A DNA stretch of 62,694 nucleotides, filler included, from Phoronis australis (lineage: Eukaryota; Animalia; Phoronida), in assembly GCA_002633005.1 (NCBI GenBank). It is 7 parts of 7 records of this genome, joined end to end, with 100 filler letters (N's around TTAATTAATTAA, not from the genome) between each part and the next. Parts side by side here need not be neighbours in the genome. Positions count along the whole stretch, not along the records: positions 60,179 to 62,694 come from NMRA01003635.1; 6 more parts are not named here. One strand, written 5' to 3'. The notes under the pieces are model-generated. The model did no database searches. It saw only the letters and a list, made by a program, of their open reading frames with translations, and was not told the DNA's origin. How positions within the stretch are numbered: position 1 is the first letter of the stretch; every line of letters begins with the position of its first letter. Below are positions 60,780-62,694 of the stretch, in pieces. The translations under genes were made by a program, and so were the position numbers.

Positions 60780-62056
60780 ATGCGCCCACATATTTATATG
60801 TGGACACATTATGCTGTCATCTCAGTCCGGGCGGCGTCTGTCCGGCGTCCGCTGCTCTATCTCCAAAACCCTTTGACATACATTCATGAAATTTGGCACA
60901 TATGTTCTATTCATGAATGGGACGGCGTGAGCGAACTTTCGGACGGATCCGATTACCGGTGTGCCCCCTAGTGGCAATTTTAGTTTTTTACGCTTACCTT
61001 TGTATCTTCAAAAGTCCTGAACGGATTTTCATGAAATTTGGTATGTAGGTACCTATTAGTGAGATGACGCTATCCTCTCGTTTTCGGATGGATTCGATGT
61101 GGTTTGCACCACCTAGTGGCCATTTTTAGTGTTTTCGAGTCTGTTTTTTGCGTATACCCCTCTATCAACCAAACCGCCCAAAGGATTATTGTGAAAATTG
61201 GCATGTATGTGCTTACTATGAAGAGGACAGTTGACGATGATTTTCCGACGATTTCGACAACTGTGGCGCCTCCTAGTGGCAGTTTTGTTTTAGTTGCGCC
61301 TATGGCTGTATCTCCTAAACTGTTCGCAGGATCTTTACTTAATTTGGCAAGTGTATTTATGTGATGTTGACTACGGATGACGACGACTTTCAGACAGATC
61401 TGGCTACTGTTGTGCTCCCTAGTGGCAATTTTAGTTTTTTACGTTTAACTCAGTATCTTCAAAGGTCCTCAACAGATTTTCATAAAATTTTAAATATAGC
61501 CATCTATTTGTGTGATGTTGCTATGTGCCTGTTTTTGGATGGAATCGAGGTATTTTGCACCACCTGGTGGCCACTATTGCTGTTTTCAAATCTTGTTTTT
61601 GGTGTCCATCCCTGTATCAACCAAATCATTTGAAAATTGGCATAGATGTTCTCAGTGTGAAGACGACCTTTGATGATGGTGACTGATTACTGTGGCGCCT
61701 CCTAGTGGTAGTTTTGTTTTGCGCCCATAGTTGTATCTCTTAAACCCACTGCAGGATCTTTACTAAATTTAGTAAGTGTATTTATATCAAGATAACAACA
61801 GACGACAACGACGACTTTCAGGCAGATCCAACGGACACTGTGTGCACTAGTGGCAATTTCATTTTATTCTGTTTTCCTTTGTTTCTCTGAAGTTCCTTGA
61901 CAGATTTTTATGAAATATGGCATGTTCCTGTTTTTGGATGGATTGTATGTTTTTGCGCATCTAATTTCCATTTTTACGATACAAAATAAATAACCCTAAA
62001 AGCACACCATTTGCGATGCATTCGTGGGCGCATTTCAACGCTCCGCGTTGCTCTTG
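60780..62056 (+). mobile_element. Helentron-associated non-autonomous element (HINE/DINE-1-like) in a PEDS1 intron
   Basis: T-run, subTIR ATGCGCCCAC with nearby partial inverted copy, GTCC-type microsatellite, ~145-160-bp internal tandem array, 3' GTGGGCGCAT (62024-62033), hairpin CAACGC-TCC-GCGTTG, then T-rich sequence. Confidence 0.8.
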
Positions 62057-62515
62057 TTTTATCATGTTTTACTCTGGGACCTCACCTTATTTGCAAGGCT
62101 TGAAATTTTCCGGGGAAACGCTGATTTCCGCTTTTTTCAAATGTTCTGTCCGTGCATTTTATTATATTTCCGCTTTAAAAAAAATCGGATTTGATATAAA
62201 GCTTCCGTGGCAAATTCCTTCTTACCGTGGCGTTGCCGACGACGTTCACCTCGAAAAGCGGAAGTTGCTCTTTATGTCATTGGTCATTCCAAGCCCTGCA
62301 TTTGAGAACTACTGTACTGAGTATCACAAATTTGACTCCTCAGTTGCTGGTATGACTGAGTCACATGATGCATTTTTGTCCTTGACTCTGTTATTGAGAC
62401 ATGAGATTGCTTTGTTGGTTTTGTAAATGATTTGTATGCCTACCATTCAACTATTTCTGTGAATAACACCTCTCTCTACATTGCCACACCATTTTCATAA
62501 CATCTCTCATTGCAG

Positions 62516-62694
62516 TGTCACAAGTGGTCCCACACCTACTTCGGCCTGCCATGGTACATCACCCTGCTTCAGGACACTCACTTGATCCTACCGCGTAAAC
62601 ACCACCGTATCCACCATGTGGCGCCACATGAAACTTACTATTGCATAACAACTGGTTGGCTCAACTACCCTTTGGAGATGATTCGCTTCTGGCC
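62516..62694 (+). CDS. PEDS1: PEDS1/TMEM189 exon with His boxes, runs off the window ([12 protein letters not shown]...[30 protein letters not shown])
   Basis: ttgcAG| phase 0; HKWSH and HHRIHH motifs nearly identical to recalled TMEM189. Confidence 0.95.

Overview
Draft-assembly genomic DNA from an invertebrate animal (AT-rich, GT-AG introns, many N gaps). Six gaps are 100-bp artificial spacers carrying TTAATTAATTAA. The main feature is a plus-strand multi-exon gene (8068-28040) encoding a type I membrane protein of about 1,300 aa. Its 13 symmetric phase-1 exons each encode one divergent Sushi/CCP-like domain, arranged as a three-domain supra-module repeated 3 1/3 times (XYZ-XYZ-XYZ-X) plus three more conventional CCPs. 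One final exon encodes a TM helix and a ~330-aa disordered tail with Tyr motifs. Head-to-head on the minus strand are a signal-peptide exon (4833-4890) and two downstream exons (2023-2369, 610-867) of a helical protein with a Gly-rich hydrophobic segment and coiled coil. The ORF track does not flag two conserved genes: GCLC exons (48784-48897, 49298-49356) and PEDS1/TMEM189 exons (60179-60339, 62516-end). The rest is TE debris (Gmr1-type Gypsy, LINEs, TTAA-flanked MITEs, a Helentron-associated element, a THAP pseudo-exon, tRNA-like SINE heads), tandem repeats and local duplications. All assignments come from manual reading and recall of protein families; no searches were run.
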